The notes under the pieces: generated by a model | Databases searched by the model: none | Told to the model about the DNA's origin: nothing | Seen by the model: the letters and a program-made list of their open reading frames with translations, nothing else | Assembly (NCBI GenBank): GCA_043803105.1 | Contig: JAZDKJ010000006.1 | Coordinates: 64,001-128,000, forward strand | Direction of reading: 5' to 3' | Source of the DNA: Candidatus Woesearchaeota archaeon | GTDB lineage: Archaea > Nanobdellota > Nanobdellia > Woesearchaeales > JAZDKJ01 | DNA: 64,000 bases | Program-made: the position numbers and the translations under genes | In this document: positions 53,519-62,350 of the stretch, one piece after another | Numbering within the stretch: the first letter of the stretch is position 1 | How the letters are laid out: the number at the start of each line of letters is the position of its first letter

Positions 53519-56500
53519 GGAAAGGCCTTGTACTAGGCTGCGCAGCAATACTTGTTATTCTTATAGTCATTGCCCCGGCAGGCAATGATTGTGGAAGCAA
53601 TTCACCTTGCACTTGTGGGGTTGCCTGCCAAGGCCAGCTTGATCCACAATCCAACGGTTACAATACCATCGACTCCTGCATCGATGGTTCTAATCCAAAG
53701 TATGAGTGGGTTCAGGATATCAACGTTACAGATTTTAACAGCTCCCAGTTTCGCACAGGTCATCGGGTTCAGGTAGATGTCTTATTCAAGTGCGACCTTG
53801 GTGAAGGTGATGAGGTCTCCATTAACTACTATAACGGGTCTGTCTGGCGTGTAATCAATAACGGCTCGTGCAACATCAATGCCTATGTTCACTTCAGGAA
53901 AAACATAACTCTCGATAAGGCTGTTGGCGCCCAGGCGTTTAGGGGAGTGATTGCTTGGGGTGGCATCCCGACAGGAATGATATGCGGTCATGATTATGAT
54001 ATCACCTATTCTGATACTGATGATGTCCTCTTGGATGTCTTGAGCAGTTCTGACACGGTTGGCCCGACAGTTAGTCTGATATATCCGCCCAATGCGGCAT
54101 CAGTAGTGTCCCGATACATGGATTTCAATTTCTCTGTTTCAGATAACAGCTCAGTCCTGAACTGCTCTTTGTGGTTCAACTCCACCGCTGGTTTCAAACT
54201 CAATAAGTCGATGACCTCAGGGCTCAACAATCACTCCCAGACCTACCGCTTCCAGGTTAACCTCTCTGACTCCAGTTATAGATGGAACATCCTTTGTTAT
54301 GATGACTGTGGCAACAGTGCCTGGTCTTCCGCAAATCGAACCTTTGGCCTCGATACCCATCGCCCAAAAGTGTATTACCTTCCCTCCACTCCTTCCGCTC
54401 CCTATCTAAACCTTACCTCTCTTGTCATCAATGTCTCTGCATTCGATAAGAATAATGTCAATCTGACCCTTGAGTTTAACGGAACAAACCAGACTGGTGT
54501 TTTTCAAACGTATGACCACAACATTTCCACTGTGGTCAAGACTGGACTTGCTGGTACATACTCATTCAAGATTTTTGCAAGAGACAGGTATAATAACACA
54601 AATCTTACTCCCAAAAGGACAGTGACGCTGGACAATGCGCCGCCTGCCGCATTTGACATAAACAAGCCTGCCAATAACACGCAAGGCACTCAGCCCATAC
54701 ACCTTATCCCCTTCCTGAACTGGTCTTGGTCCTTTGACCAGAATTTCAAGAATTATACCATCGAAGTTTCATCAAACCCTAGCTTTGCTTATAGGAATTA
54801 CACCTATTCTGTTATAGGTCCCTTTTCCCTGTCACATTATCAAGTCAGCCTTACTTGGACCGACCAGACCATTTGGTACTGGAGAGTCTGGGCTTTTGAC
54901 CTTATAGGAAATGCCAGACGCTCCACAAACTACTTTGTTTTCCGTGCGAATACCAGTTATCCGTCCGTGTTCTTGTCTTCACCTTTACACAATCTGTTTT
55001 CCAATGACGAATCTGTCGTTTTTACTTACACGCCTCGCGATTCAGACCTGGACCAATGCATGCTCTGGCACAATATTTCTGGAGAGTTCATGCCGAACGA
55101 GACAAACAGCTCGCCAGTCAGTTTTCAATTAAACCAGTTCAGCCCTCTCTCATTGCCTGAGGGATCCTTCATGTGGAACGTCCTGTGCAATGACTCTACA
55201 GGCTTGCAGTCCTTCGCAAGTTATGAATTCTTGTTCACAATACACCGCACCCCTCCAACTGTGGATTGTGATTCTTACACTCCAGATGAGGGAGAGACAG
55301 TTACGAACAGGACTTTCCATCTCGGCGCAGAAATTATTGAGAATTATCCAGATAGTTTGCTCATGCAGTTTAATGGCTCAAATCAGTCCTTCATGCTAAA
55401 CAGTTCAAATTTCTCGATTAACAAGACAGTCACCTCTGATGGCTCTTACTCCTTGCGGTTCTTTGCAAATGATTCAGCAGGCAACAAGGGTTCCACAGTT
55501 CAAAGGAACTTTGTTGTGGACACCTCTCCTCCAACAATATCCGACATCCAGGTCACTCCGCAGATTGCTTTGCCATCCAAGGTGTTCAACGTCTCCGCAA
55601 CCCTGTCCGATCTGACTGGCGTTCTTTCTGCTCATTGCGTGCTCACGATGCCTAACAGCACTGTCCATAATTACACAATGTACGGAACTTCAAAAAAGTA
55701 TTATGCTTACTCAGGTGCATCTGTAGGAAACTATTCGGTTGTGGTTTGTGCCACCGATAATAATGGTTTTAGCGGATGCAATTCTACTGCTCTCATTTTC
55801 ACTGTTGACAACTCGACCATCTTAATATCGAATATCTCCACAAAACCAAACTCTAGCGATGCTCTCGACCCTAACGTTGTCATCTACATCAACACCACCA
55901 TTCACTCCGCCAGGTCGCTTGCTTCTGTTTTGTTAAAATACAAAGAGCATAACTCTACTGCTTGGTCATCTTCTAAAAGCAAGGAATACATTGCAGACCA
56001 TTTCGTTTTCAATTTCACTCCAACGCGTGGCAATAATTGGACGTACAAGATATGGGCTAACAACACCTTAGGAAAGAATGTTTCTAGCAGTCTTTCAACT
56101 TTGCAGGTTTGGCTTGACCGTACGTGGACTGCGCAAAAATCCGGCTTGACCAGCATTGCTGCGCCCTACGGCGCAACCAATGTGGATTTGGGTATAATCC
56201 TTGTAAATAACACTGGTGATTCGCAATTGACTTTCAATTTGTCCAGGGTGTCTGGTGAAGTCCAGGTCAGCTTTAACCTTACTGACCTTTTTACCATTGC
56301 CTCAAAATCTTCTCAAGCCATAGCTCTTCACGCCTCCGCCCCGGCCCTGGCAGGCTCTTATCCAATCAGGCTGCGCCTGGATGCCCTGAATTCTATGGCA
56401 CAGCCTTCTGAAACAACCCTTAACATTACTCTTATTTCATATTCTTCAGGACCTTATGTACTGGTTTCTATTGCCGATTATTCCAATGCAGTTTCAGTGG

Positions 56501-58071
56501 GAGAAAATGTCCCTCTGCTCAAGGCTAGCGCCCGTAACATCGGAAACTCATCCTGCAATGATGCCTATCTTGTTTGGTCTCTGCCTCCTGATTGGACTTC
56601 TAGGGATTCATTGAATAATTCGCTCGGAGATATTGAGGTTGGTGCAGTTTTATACAGCAATATTTCTGCTGATGTTCCAGAATCTGCAGATACAGGAACA
56701 TTCTCCCTGTTGGCAAGCCTGGATTGCCAGGATGGTTTCCACTTTGAGGATTCGCGTGCAATCACAGTGTCTTCTAGTGCGCCAGAGCCTCCGCAGCAAA
56801 ATCCTGCTTCTTCATCCAGTGGCCGTGGTGGCGGAAGCATTGTGACTAAGACCATCCGTGCAAAACAACCAAACTTGAACCTGACCGCCCCTTCACAGGT
56901 TTATGCAGCCCTTGGGCATTCAGTTAATTTCACAGTGCTTGTTTCTAATGAGGATTTTGGGATAGACAACGCAACCCTTATTCTCACCGGCTATTACCTT
57001 ACGCATACAATAATCGAGCCTGTGCTGCTGCATCAATTGGCTCCGGCTGCCCAAGGCAAGTTCAAAGTTAATCTGTTTGTCCCAGATTACCTTCCGGTAA
57101 AGTCTTATGACCTCAAATTAATAGTTGAGGCAAAACTCGCAGGACAAAATCATTCAAGTCGCTACTCCAAGGACCTGATTTTGGTTGTAGCGGCTTCTAG
57201 CATGCAGGATGTGGCAAACTCTCTTATGGACGCACAAGATGATCTTTCCTCCCTGTCCAGTTTGGGCATGGACACAACTATTCCAAGAGCATGGCTAAAC
57301 CAGGCAATGTTAAGCTTCAATGAGTCAGATTACAGTTCTGCATCCGAGTTTGCATCGAAAATACATGACCTGCTTGCCAAAGCTAAACAATTTACAGCTT
57401 TGATTGCTGAAGTGCGGTTGCAGCTTGCAGAATCTGCTTCCAAAGGAATAAATCTTTCCCTATCAAATGATTTGATATCAATTGCAGAGCGTGAATTCAG
57501 GTCAGGTAGGGTTGATGATGCACTGCAGACCCTATCCAAAGCCTCTTTTGCAGAGCGTCTGCAGGTTAAGACTGAGCAAGCCAAGCTTGTTAGGAGCCTG
57601 GTCTGGTTTTTGCATGATAACCTTCTTGCACTATCAGTTGTATCTCTCATTGCAGCTGCAGCTTTCCTTCTCTCCTATAGTAAGCTTCATTCAGTTTTTA
57701 TCGCTAAAGGTTTACTGTTAATTAACAAGGGTGAACTTAAAGCCTACGAGGAATTAAGAAAGCTCCAACGGCAGTATTTTGTCGAAAAGATAATCAGCGC
57801 CAGGTTATACGCTAAAAACGTTCAGCGACTGCAGGAAAGGATTGCCAAGCTAAACTACAGGCGCTTCAATCTTACCTCTAAAAGAAAGTATGGCTTCAAA
57901 GATAAGCTGGCAGTTCAGGATGAGATCCAGCAGCTTAACCTGATGCAAAAGGAACTCGCAAACAAGTATTATGTGCTCAAGACCCTTGATAAAGCCTCTT
58001 TCATGCAATTGAAGGTCTTGTGCGAAAATCGTCGTGCAATCCTCGAGGGAGAACTGGTCAAACATGTTTAG
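53500..58071 (+). CDS. Type I membrane surface protein: Cys-rich N-terminus, Ig-like repeats, helical stalk, TM, cytoplasmic tail
   Basis: Signal peptide; Ig-like repeats like those of the giant protein; SSSSGRGGG linker; TM LLALSVVSLIAAAAFLLSY; LQRQYFVEK tail. Confidence 0.82.
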   Translation: MGIKKVGKGLVLGCAAILVILIVIAPAGNDCGSNSPCTCGVACQGQLDPQSNGYNTIDSCIDGSNPKYEWVQDINVTDFNSSQFRTGHRVQVDVLFKCDLGEGDEVSINYYNGSVWRVINNGSCNINAYVHFRKNITLDKAVGAQAFRGVIAWGGIPTGMICGHDYDITYSDTDDVLLDVLSSSDTVGPTVSLIYPPNAASVVSRYMDFNFSVSDNSSVLNCSLWFNSTAGFKLNKSMTSGLNNHSQTYRFQVNLSDSSYRWNILCYDDCGNSAWSSANRTFGLDTHRPKVYYLPSTPSAPYLNLTSLVINVSAFDKNNVNLTLEFNGTNQTGVFQTYDHNISTVVKTGLAGTYSFKIFARDRYNNTNLTPKRTVTLDNAPPAAFDINKPANNTQGTQPIHLIPFLNWSWSFDQNFKNYTIEVSSNPSFAYRNYTYSVIGPFSLSHYQVSLTWTDQTIWYWRVWAFDLIGNARRSTNYFVFRANTSYPSVFLSSPLHNLFSNDESVVFTYTPRDSDLDQCMLWHNISGEFMPNETNSSPVSFQLNQFSPLSLPEGSFMWNVLCNDSTGLQSFASYEFLFTIHRTPPTVDCDSYTPDEGETVTNRTFHLGAEIIENYPDSLLMQFNGSNQSFMLNSSNFSINKTVTSDGSYSLRFFANDSAGNKGSTVQRNFVVDTSPPTISDIQVTPQIALPSKVFNVSATLSDLTGVLSAHCVLTMPNSTVHNYTMYGTSKKYYAYSGASVGNYSVVVCATDNNGFSGCNSTALIFTVDNSTILISNISTKPNSSDALDPNVVIYINTTIHSARSLASVLLKYKEHNSTAWSSSKSKEYIADHFVFNFTPTRGNNWTYKIWANNTLGKNVSSSLSTLQVWLDRTWTAQKSGLTSIAAPYGATNVDLGIILVNNTGDSQLTFNLSRVSGEVQVSFNLTDLFTIASKSSQAIALHASAPALAGSYPIRLRLDALNSMAQPSETTLNITLISYSSGPYVLVSIADYSNAVSVGENVPLLKASARNIGNSSCNDAYLVWSLPPDWTSRDSLNNSLGDIEVGAVLYSNISADVPESADTGTFSLLASLDCQDGFHFEDSRAITVSSSAPEPPQQNPASSSSGRGGGSIVTKTIRAKQPNLNLTAPSQVYAALGHSVNFTVLVSNEDFGIDNATLILTGYYLTHTIIEPVLLHQLAPAAQGKFKVNLFVPDYLPVKSYDLKLIVEAKLAGQNHSSRYSKDLILVVAASSMQDVANSLMDAQDDLSSLSSLGMDTTIPRAWLNQAMLSFNESDYSSASEFASKIHDLLAKAKQFTALIAEVRLQLAESASKGINLSLSNDLISIAEREFRSGRVDDALQTLSKASFAERLQVKTEQAKLVRSLVWFLHDNLLALSVVSLIAAAAFLLSYSKLHSVFIAKGLLLINKGELKAYEELRKLQRQYFVEKIISARLYAKNVQRLQERIAKLNYRRFNLTSKRKYGFKDKLAVQDEIQQLNLMQKELANKYYVLKTLDKASFMQLKVLCENRRAILEGELVKHV

Positions 58072-59449
58072 CAAGTTGATCTTTGCAACCTTGTTTTTAT
58101 TAGTTTTATCCACGATCACCTTTGCTGCCGACAATTCGGCTTATTCCCTTCTGCACAAGGCTGAGTCTGCTGTCAAAATGGTTGAAGCAAACAACATCAG
58201 TTCTGCACGATTGACAGACCAACTTTCCGAAGCAAAATCCCTGTTGGCTCTTGGTGAATTTAATGAGTCAATCAAGGCCAGTAATATGACTATTGTGCTA
58301 GTTAATCTTGTTATCAATATCTCTTCCGAATCCAATCTCTCTCATGAACTCTTGTCCATCTGCGAAAATCTGCAATTCAATGTGACTTCAGAACAACACA
58401 TGTTGGACCTGGCACAGTCTGAATTCTCATCAAACCTCTTCGAGTCAGCAAGAAGGCGTATAGCAGATGCAAAGCAGTCATTAGAGTCAATACTTGAAGT
58501 ATTCAATGCGCAGCAATGCCTAATCTTAAAGAACCTATTGGACCAGGCAGCTTCACTGAACCTGACTTCGCAACATCTTCAAGTGCTTGCTTTTTCTTGT
58601 GCTGCAGGCTACCCCCCTCTTGAAGCTCCTCAGCTCATGAGCGAGGTTACATCACTTAACCTCTCGCTCCGCTGCCTTGGTGAAGTGCAAACGACAATTG
58701 ATATCCTTCAATCTCTGATGGCAACCCCTGCCTTCTCTGGTTTGTACCAGGAGGAACTTGCCCTGGTCAGGTCTGGGCAATTTGATTCTCTTGGTTCATT
58801 GTGCTCACAGCAGGCAATCCTTAAAGAGCAGGCTATCCAGGCATATCAGAGCCTTCAAATGCTGAATCTTCAAATAAATCAGAGCAAGCTTCCTGACTTG
58901 CAGTCTCCCAGGCAAATAGCAGCTACAGCAGAAGAAGAGCTGGCCACGAATCGCTTTGACTCTGCATTTCTCCTTGCAAAGCAAGGTTTGGCAGAGCTCG
59001 ATAGATTAGCAGCGGAAAGGTCGCTCTATGCTGTGGTCTTCAATAGCAAGGTTTCTTTTCATTTGTTTGTGTTCTTAGTCAATTATTGGTTATTGCTTTT
59101 GATCTCAGCATTGCTTCTCTCTGTTTTCAGCTTTGTTTCTTACAGAAGTTTTTCGCGATGGCATACGACAAGTTCAATCAGAAATCTTTCCAGGAATGAG
59201 ACAATAATCCGTAAGCAGATGCAAGATGTGCAAAAAGACTATTTCATTTTCAAAAAGCTCATGAAAGAAGACTATGAATCAAGGATGGATGCTCTTGAGG
59301 CAAACCTCGCAAGAGTCAGGGAAAAGCTTTCATTGTTTGAATTCAAGAAATCCAAGGTACGTGTACCGTGGCTCCGGCCGAAAGTTATCAAAATGTTAAA
59401 ATACTTCCTGGCAAAGCTTATTGAATACGAAGAGGCTCGCAAGCGGTGA
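58064..59449 (+). CDS. Membrane protein with helical ectodomain, related to the C-terminal third of 53500..58071
   Basis: Likely start ATG 58064 (signal MFSKLIFATLFLLVLSTITFA); TM then QKDYFIFKK..KEDYE tail. Confidence 0.75.
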   Translation: MFSKLIFATLFLLVLSTITFAADNSAYSLLHKAESAVKMVEANNISSARLTDQLSEAKSLLALGEFNESIKASNMTIVLVNLVINISSESNLSHELLSICENLQFNVTSEQHMLDLAQSEFSSNLFESARRRIADAKQSLESILEVFNAQQCLILKNLLDQAASLNLTSQHLQVLAFSCAAGYPPLEAPQLMSEVTSLNLSLRCLGEVQTTIDILQSLMATPAFSGLYQEELALVRSGQFDSLGSLCSQQAILKEQAIQAYQSLQMLNLQINQSKLPDLQSPRQIAATAEEELATNRFDSAFLLAKQGLAELDRLAAERSLYAVVFNSKVSFHLFVFLVNYWLLLLISALLLSVFSFVSYRSFSRWHTTSSIRNLSRNETIIRKQMQDVQKDYFIFKKLMKEDYESRMDALEANLARVREKLSLFEFKKSKVRVPWLRPKVIKMLKYFLAKLIEYEEARKR

Positions 59450-59455
59450 AATTTA

Positions 59456-59965
59456 ATGTTTGATACAGAGGTGGAGAAAAATCAAGTAATCTTATGCGTG
59501 AGTTCTGAAGGCAGTTTTTATGTCTCCAGGTCAGAGATATTAAAGGCTTTGAAGCTGACAGGCAACAACATCTGTTATGTTGGTTTCTCAAAGCCATACC
59601 AGGCGTTAAAGAACGAGTTAACGGAGTTTCCCAGCATATTTTACATTGACACCTTGACAATGTCAGTTCAAATGCCCCCTCATGTGGATGACTGTTTCTT
59701 TGTCCAGGCTCCAAATGCTTTGACTGACCTCTCTGTTGCCATCTCCAAGGTTATGTCCGAGAAAGGACCTTCAAACATATTTTTTGACTCCCTTTCAAGT
59801 CTTCTGCTCTATCAGGATAGCCATACTCTGATCAAGTTCCTTCATAACCTTATCAACAAGGTTAGGGTGCTTAACGTGAAAATAGTATTTGTTGTCTTGC
59901 AGAAAGACGCCAAATCTGACCTCGTGAAAGACCTGTGCATGTTTGTTGATATTGTAGTCAACTGA
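59456..59965 (+). CDS. Degenerate KaiC/RecA-like domain protein (no Walker A)
   Basis: CYVGFSKPY, FYIDTLT, PNALTDLS, IFFDSLSSLLLY, FVDIVV. Confidence 0.7.
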   Translation: MFDTEVEKNQVILCVSSEGSFYVSRSEILKALKLTGNNICYVGFSKPYQALKNELTEFPSIFYIDTLTMSVQMPPHVDDCFFVQAPNALTDLSVAISKVMSEKGPSNIFFDSLSSLLLYQDSHTLIKFLHNLINKVRVLNVKIVFVVLQKDAKSDLVKDLCMFVDIVVN

Positions 59966-60090
59966 TTCTCCCTTCCCTTATTGCCTGGTTTCCTGGATAA
60001 AAATCAAACTTTTTTTTCCTTTTTCCTGGTTTATTTACCTAAAAATTAGGATATTTATCCGAAAAATTTATAAAGGTTTAAAAAGTTATC

Positions 60091-60399
60091 ATGTATATGG
60101 CCTCCATACTGAGCTCAAGGGTCAAAGATGATGGAAAAGTGGTTTTTGAAGTCATCGTAGATTATGATGAGGCCATCCAGCTTCAGGGCCACCTTGACAA
60201 CATCCATCTTTTTTCAGAGAATGTGATCAACGTAACTGCAAATCTTTCCCAAAGGGGCAAGAATGAGGCTACAAAGTACTTCCTTGTTCCTCGGGAGCTA
60301 CGGAAGAACCTTAAGATGTCAAGCGAAGTCACCTGCCAAAGGATTGAGACAAAATCAAGGATCTTTTTTGTGTATGTTATGGATAAGCTGAGGCCTTAA
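60091..60399 (+). CDS. Small hypothetical protein, possible AbrB-like swapped-hairpin regulator
   Basis: RGKNEATKYFLVPRELRK; TTTATAAA ~60067. Confidence 0.6.
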   Translation: MYMASILSSRVKDDGKVVFEVIVDYDEAIQLQGHLDNIHLFSENVINVTANLSQRGKNEATKYFLVPRELRKNLKMSSEVTCQRIETKSRIFFVYVMDKLRP

Positions 60400-60400
60400 G

Positions 60401-61099
60401 ATGGAGAAGGTGCGAACAGAGATTCCCGGATTTGACCGCCTGTTGAAGGGAGGTTTTCCAAAGGGTTCGGTCATTTTATTGAGCGGCTCCCCCGCTACTG
60501 GCAAGACAATTCTCTCGCTGCAGTTTCTTGTGAACGGTGCAATAAATGATGAAAAGTGCCTCTTCATCACGTTTGAAGAGAAGATAGGAATGATTATTGA
60601 GCAGGCTAGCCAGTTTGGCTGGGACCTCCCAAAGCTTCAGAAAAAGAACACCCTATTCCTGCAGCATATTCCTTCTGAGGAGATTGACCACAGGACAGTC
60701 GAACGCATCATCGATTCTGTTAAGCGCTTGAACATCTCTCGGCTTGTTATAGACAGTATTAACATTCTTGCGTTAAACATCCCAGACCTTGCAAGCGACT
60801 ACAAGAATATTGGCAAGTATTCTGTAAAGCGTTTTATTTATAGGTTCATCAACTCTCTCAGGGGTCTGAAGGGCGTTACCACTATGCTGATTTCTCAGAC
60901 TGTGAATGAGGGCGCACTCTCTTCAGATGAGGTTTCTGAGTTCCTTTGTGACGGGATAATCCATCTTTCGTACGAGAGCATGGGCGGCAAGTATTCTCGG
61001 AGCCTACTTGTGAGAAAGATGCGCCAGGTAGAGAATGATGAAGACATCCATCCCTTGGAGATATCAAAGAAGGGCCTTGTCGTGCACACGATAAGATAA
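60401..61099 (+). CDS. KaiC/RAD55-family ATPase
   Basis: IPGFDRLLKGGFP, GSPATGKT, FITFEE, LVIDSI, SEFLCDGII, VRKMR. Confidence 0.9.
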   Translation: MEKVRTEIPGFDRLLKGGFPKGSVILLSGSPATGKTILSLQFLVNGAINDEKCLFITFEEKIGMIIEQASQFGWDLPKLQKKNTLFLQHIPSEEIDHRTVERIIDSVKRLNISRLVIDSINILALNIPDLASDYKNIGKYSVKRFIYRFINSLRGLKGVTTMLISQTVNEGALSSDEVSEFLCDGIIHLSYESMGGKYSRSLLVRKMRQVENDEDIHPLEISKKGLVVHTIR

Positions 61100-61101
61100 C
61101 T

Positions 61102-61740
61102 ATGGCAACCCCAAGTATCCTGGAAAAGATAATTCGTTTTCAAGCCTTCAAGTGGAAGGACGGTAAGATCATTCTATGGAATGTTCCTGGTTATCTAAGC
61201 CCCCTCTTCTCCGTTGTTTATCAGCAAAGATTGTTGGAGAAGCTGCATGGCCATAATGAGGCTGCCGAGTTCTTTTACAATGTTGGCAAGTTCCAGGGCC
61301 AGCAAACCTTTCGCGTGATAGCCCGAAACTATGGATACAACAACCTAATCAAGGACAAGAAGAGGCTGCTCGAGTTTCAAACAGGTCAAAGTGCTCTTGT
61401 TGGCGTTGGAGAATACACCTGGGTAAAGTTTGACATGGACAACAAGAAGTTTGTTGTGAGGGGTAGGTCCTCATTTGCAGACGAGTACGTGGCGCTATTC
61501 GGGATTCAAAAAAAACCTGTCTGCCATCTTGTGCGAGGTCTTTGTGCTGGCTTCATTGAAGAGCTTATCAAAGAGCCGTGCCTGTCGATTGAGACGTCAT
61601 GCATTGCATCCTCTAACCCTGTCTGTGAGTTTGTTGTCCGGCCATTGAAGGCCTGGGATAAAACTGATCCTTTGGTAAAATCGCAGTGGGTTCGAAAAAT
61701 CCATGACCTGCGATCCTTGGGAAGCCTGAAATCTCCTTGA
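61102..61740 (+). CDS. V4R (4-vinyl reductase / small-ligand-binding) domain protein
   Basis: PVCHLVRGLCAGF...ETSCIASSNPVCEFVV; G-G motifs. Confidence 0.85.
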   Translation: MATPSILEKIIRFQAFKWKDGKIILWNVPGYLSPLFSVVYQQRLLEKLHGHNEAAEFFYNVGKFQGQQTFRVIARNYGYNNLIKDKKRLLEFQTGQSALVGVGEYTWVKFDMDNKKFVVRGRSSFADEYVALFGIQKKPVCHLVRGLCAGFIEELIKEPCLSIETSCIASSNPVCEFVVRPLKAWDKTDPLVKSQWVRKIHDLRSLGSLKSP

Positions 61741-62350
61741 ATGCTCCTTCTTCGATGATGATGTTATCGCTCCTCTCAAACAAAAGCTTATCGTATGGGT
61801 GCGCAAAACCATTCATTTCTATATGCATCGGCACTGCGCCGTTGTGCATCGGTCCGTAGTACTTTTGTTCTCCTATGACTTTTACCCCAAGTTTTTCGTA
61901 TTCCACCACTCTGGCAGGCGGCACTGTGCAGACAAAGTCAGTAAGCCCGATTTTTCTCGAATACTGGCACATTGCCTTCAGCAGCCCAAAGGTTGCCCTT
62001 GGATGGTTCGGGAGCGTTGCGCGCCTCGTTATTTCCCCTAGCCTTTTCCCCTGCATTCTTATATCCGAGATGTCATACAGCTCTTCTATCGGCAGTCCAA
62101 ACTCGCTGTCTGGGATGATGCGTATGGTTCCCACAACCTGCCCGTCCGCCTTGTTTCTTGCATATATGTTTATTGAGAAGTTGTCGTACATATCGCTCAT
62201 AAGTTGTCCTGGAAAATCCTCGGCTACTATGAATTTTGAATCAAGGTACACAGAATATCTGAGCTTGAACACCTCTCTTTGTTCCTCTTCAGTGCATGCT
62301 ATTCTGAATTCCAGACCCATTGTACAGAAATGAATTGCGCTCTCCGTCAC
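61613..62350 (-). CDS. GNAT-fold acyltransferase of the LuxI/FeeM (N-acyl amino acid / autoinducer synthase) type
   Basis: VFKLRYSVY, SDMYD, VVGTIRII, LPIE, GEITR; GTGA overlap with the radical SAM stop. Confidence 0.75.
   Translation of the reverse strand: MTESAIHFCTMGLEFRIACTEEEQREVFKLRYSVYLDSKFIVAEDFPGQLMSDMYDNFSINIYARNKADGQVVGTIRIIPDSEFGLPIEELYDISDIRMQGKRLGEITRRATLPNHPRATFGLLKAMCQYSRKIGLTDFVCTVPPARVVEYEKLGVKVIGEQKYYGPMHNGAVPMHIEMNGFAHPYDKLLFERSDNIIIEEGAFKEISGFPRIAGHGFFEPTAILPKDQFYPRPSMAGQQTHRQG

Noticed and set aside
52448-61099. Circadian clock kaiC genes
   Set aside because: Single-domain archaeal KaiC/RAD55-like ATPases, with no kaiA/kaiB.
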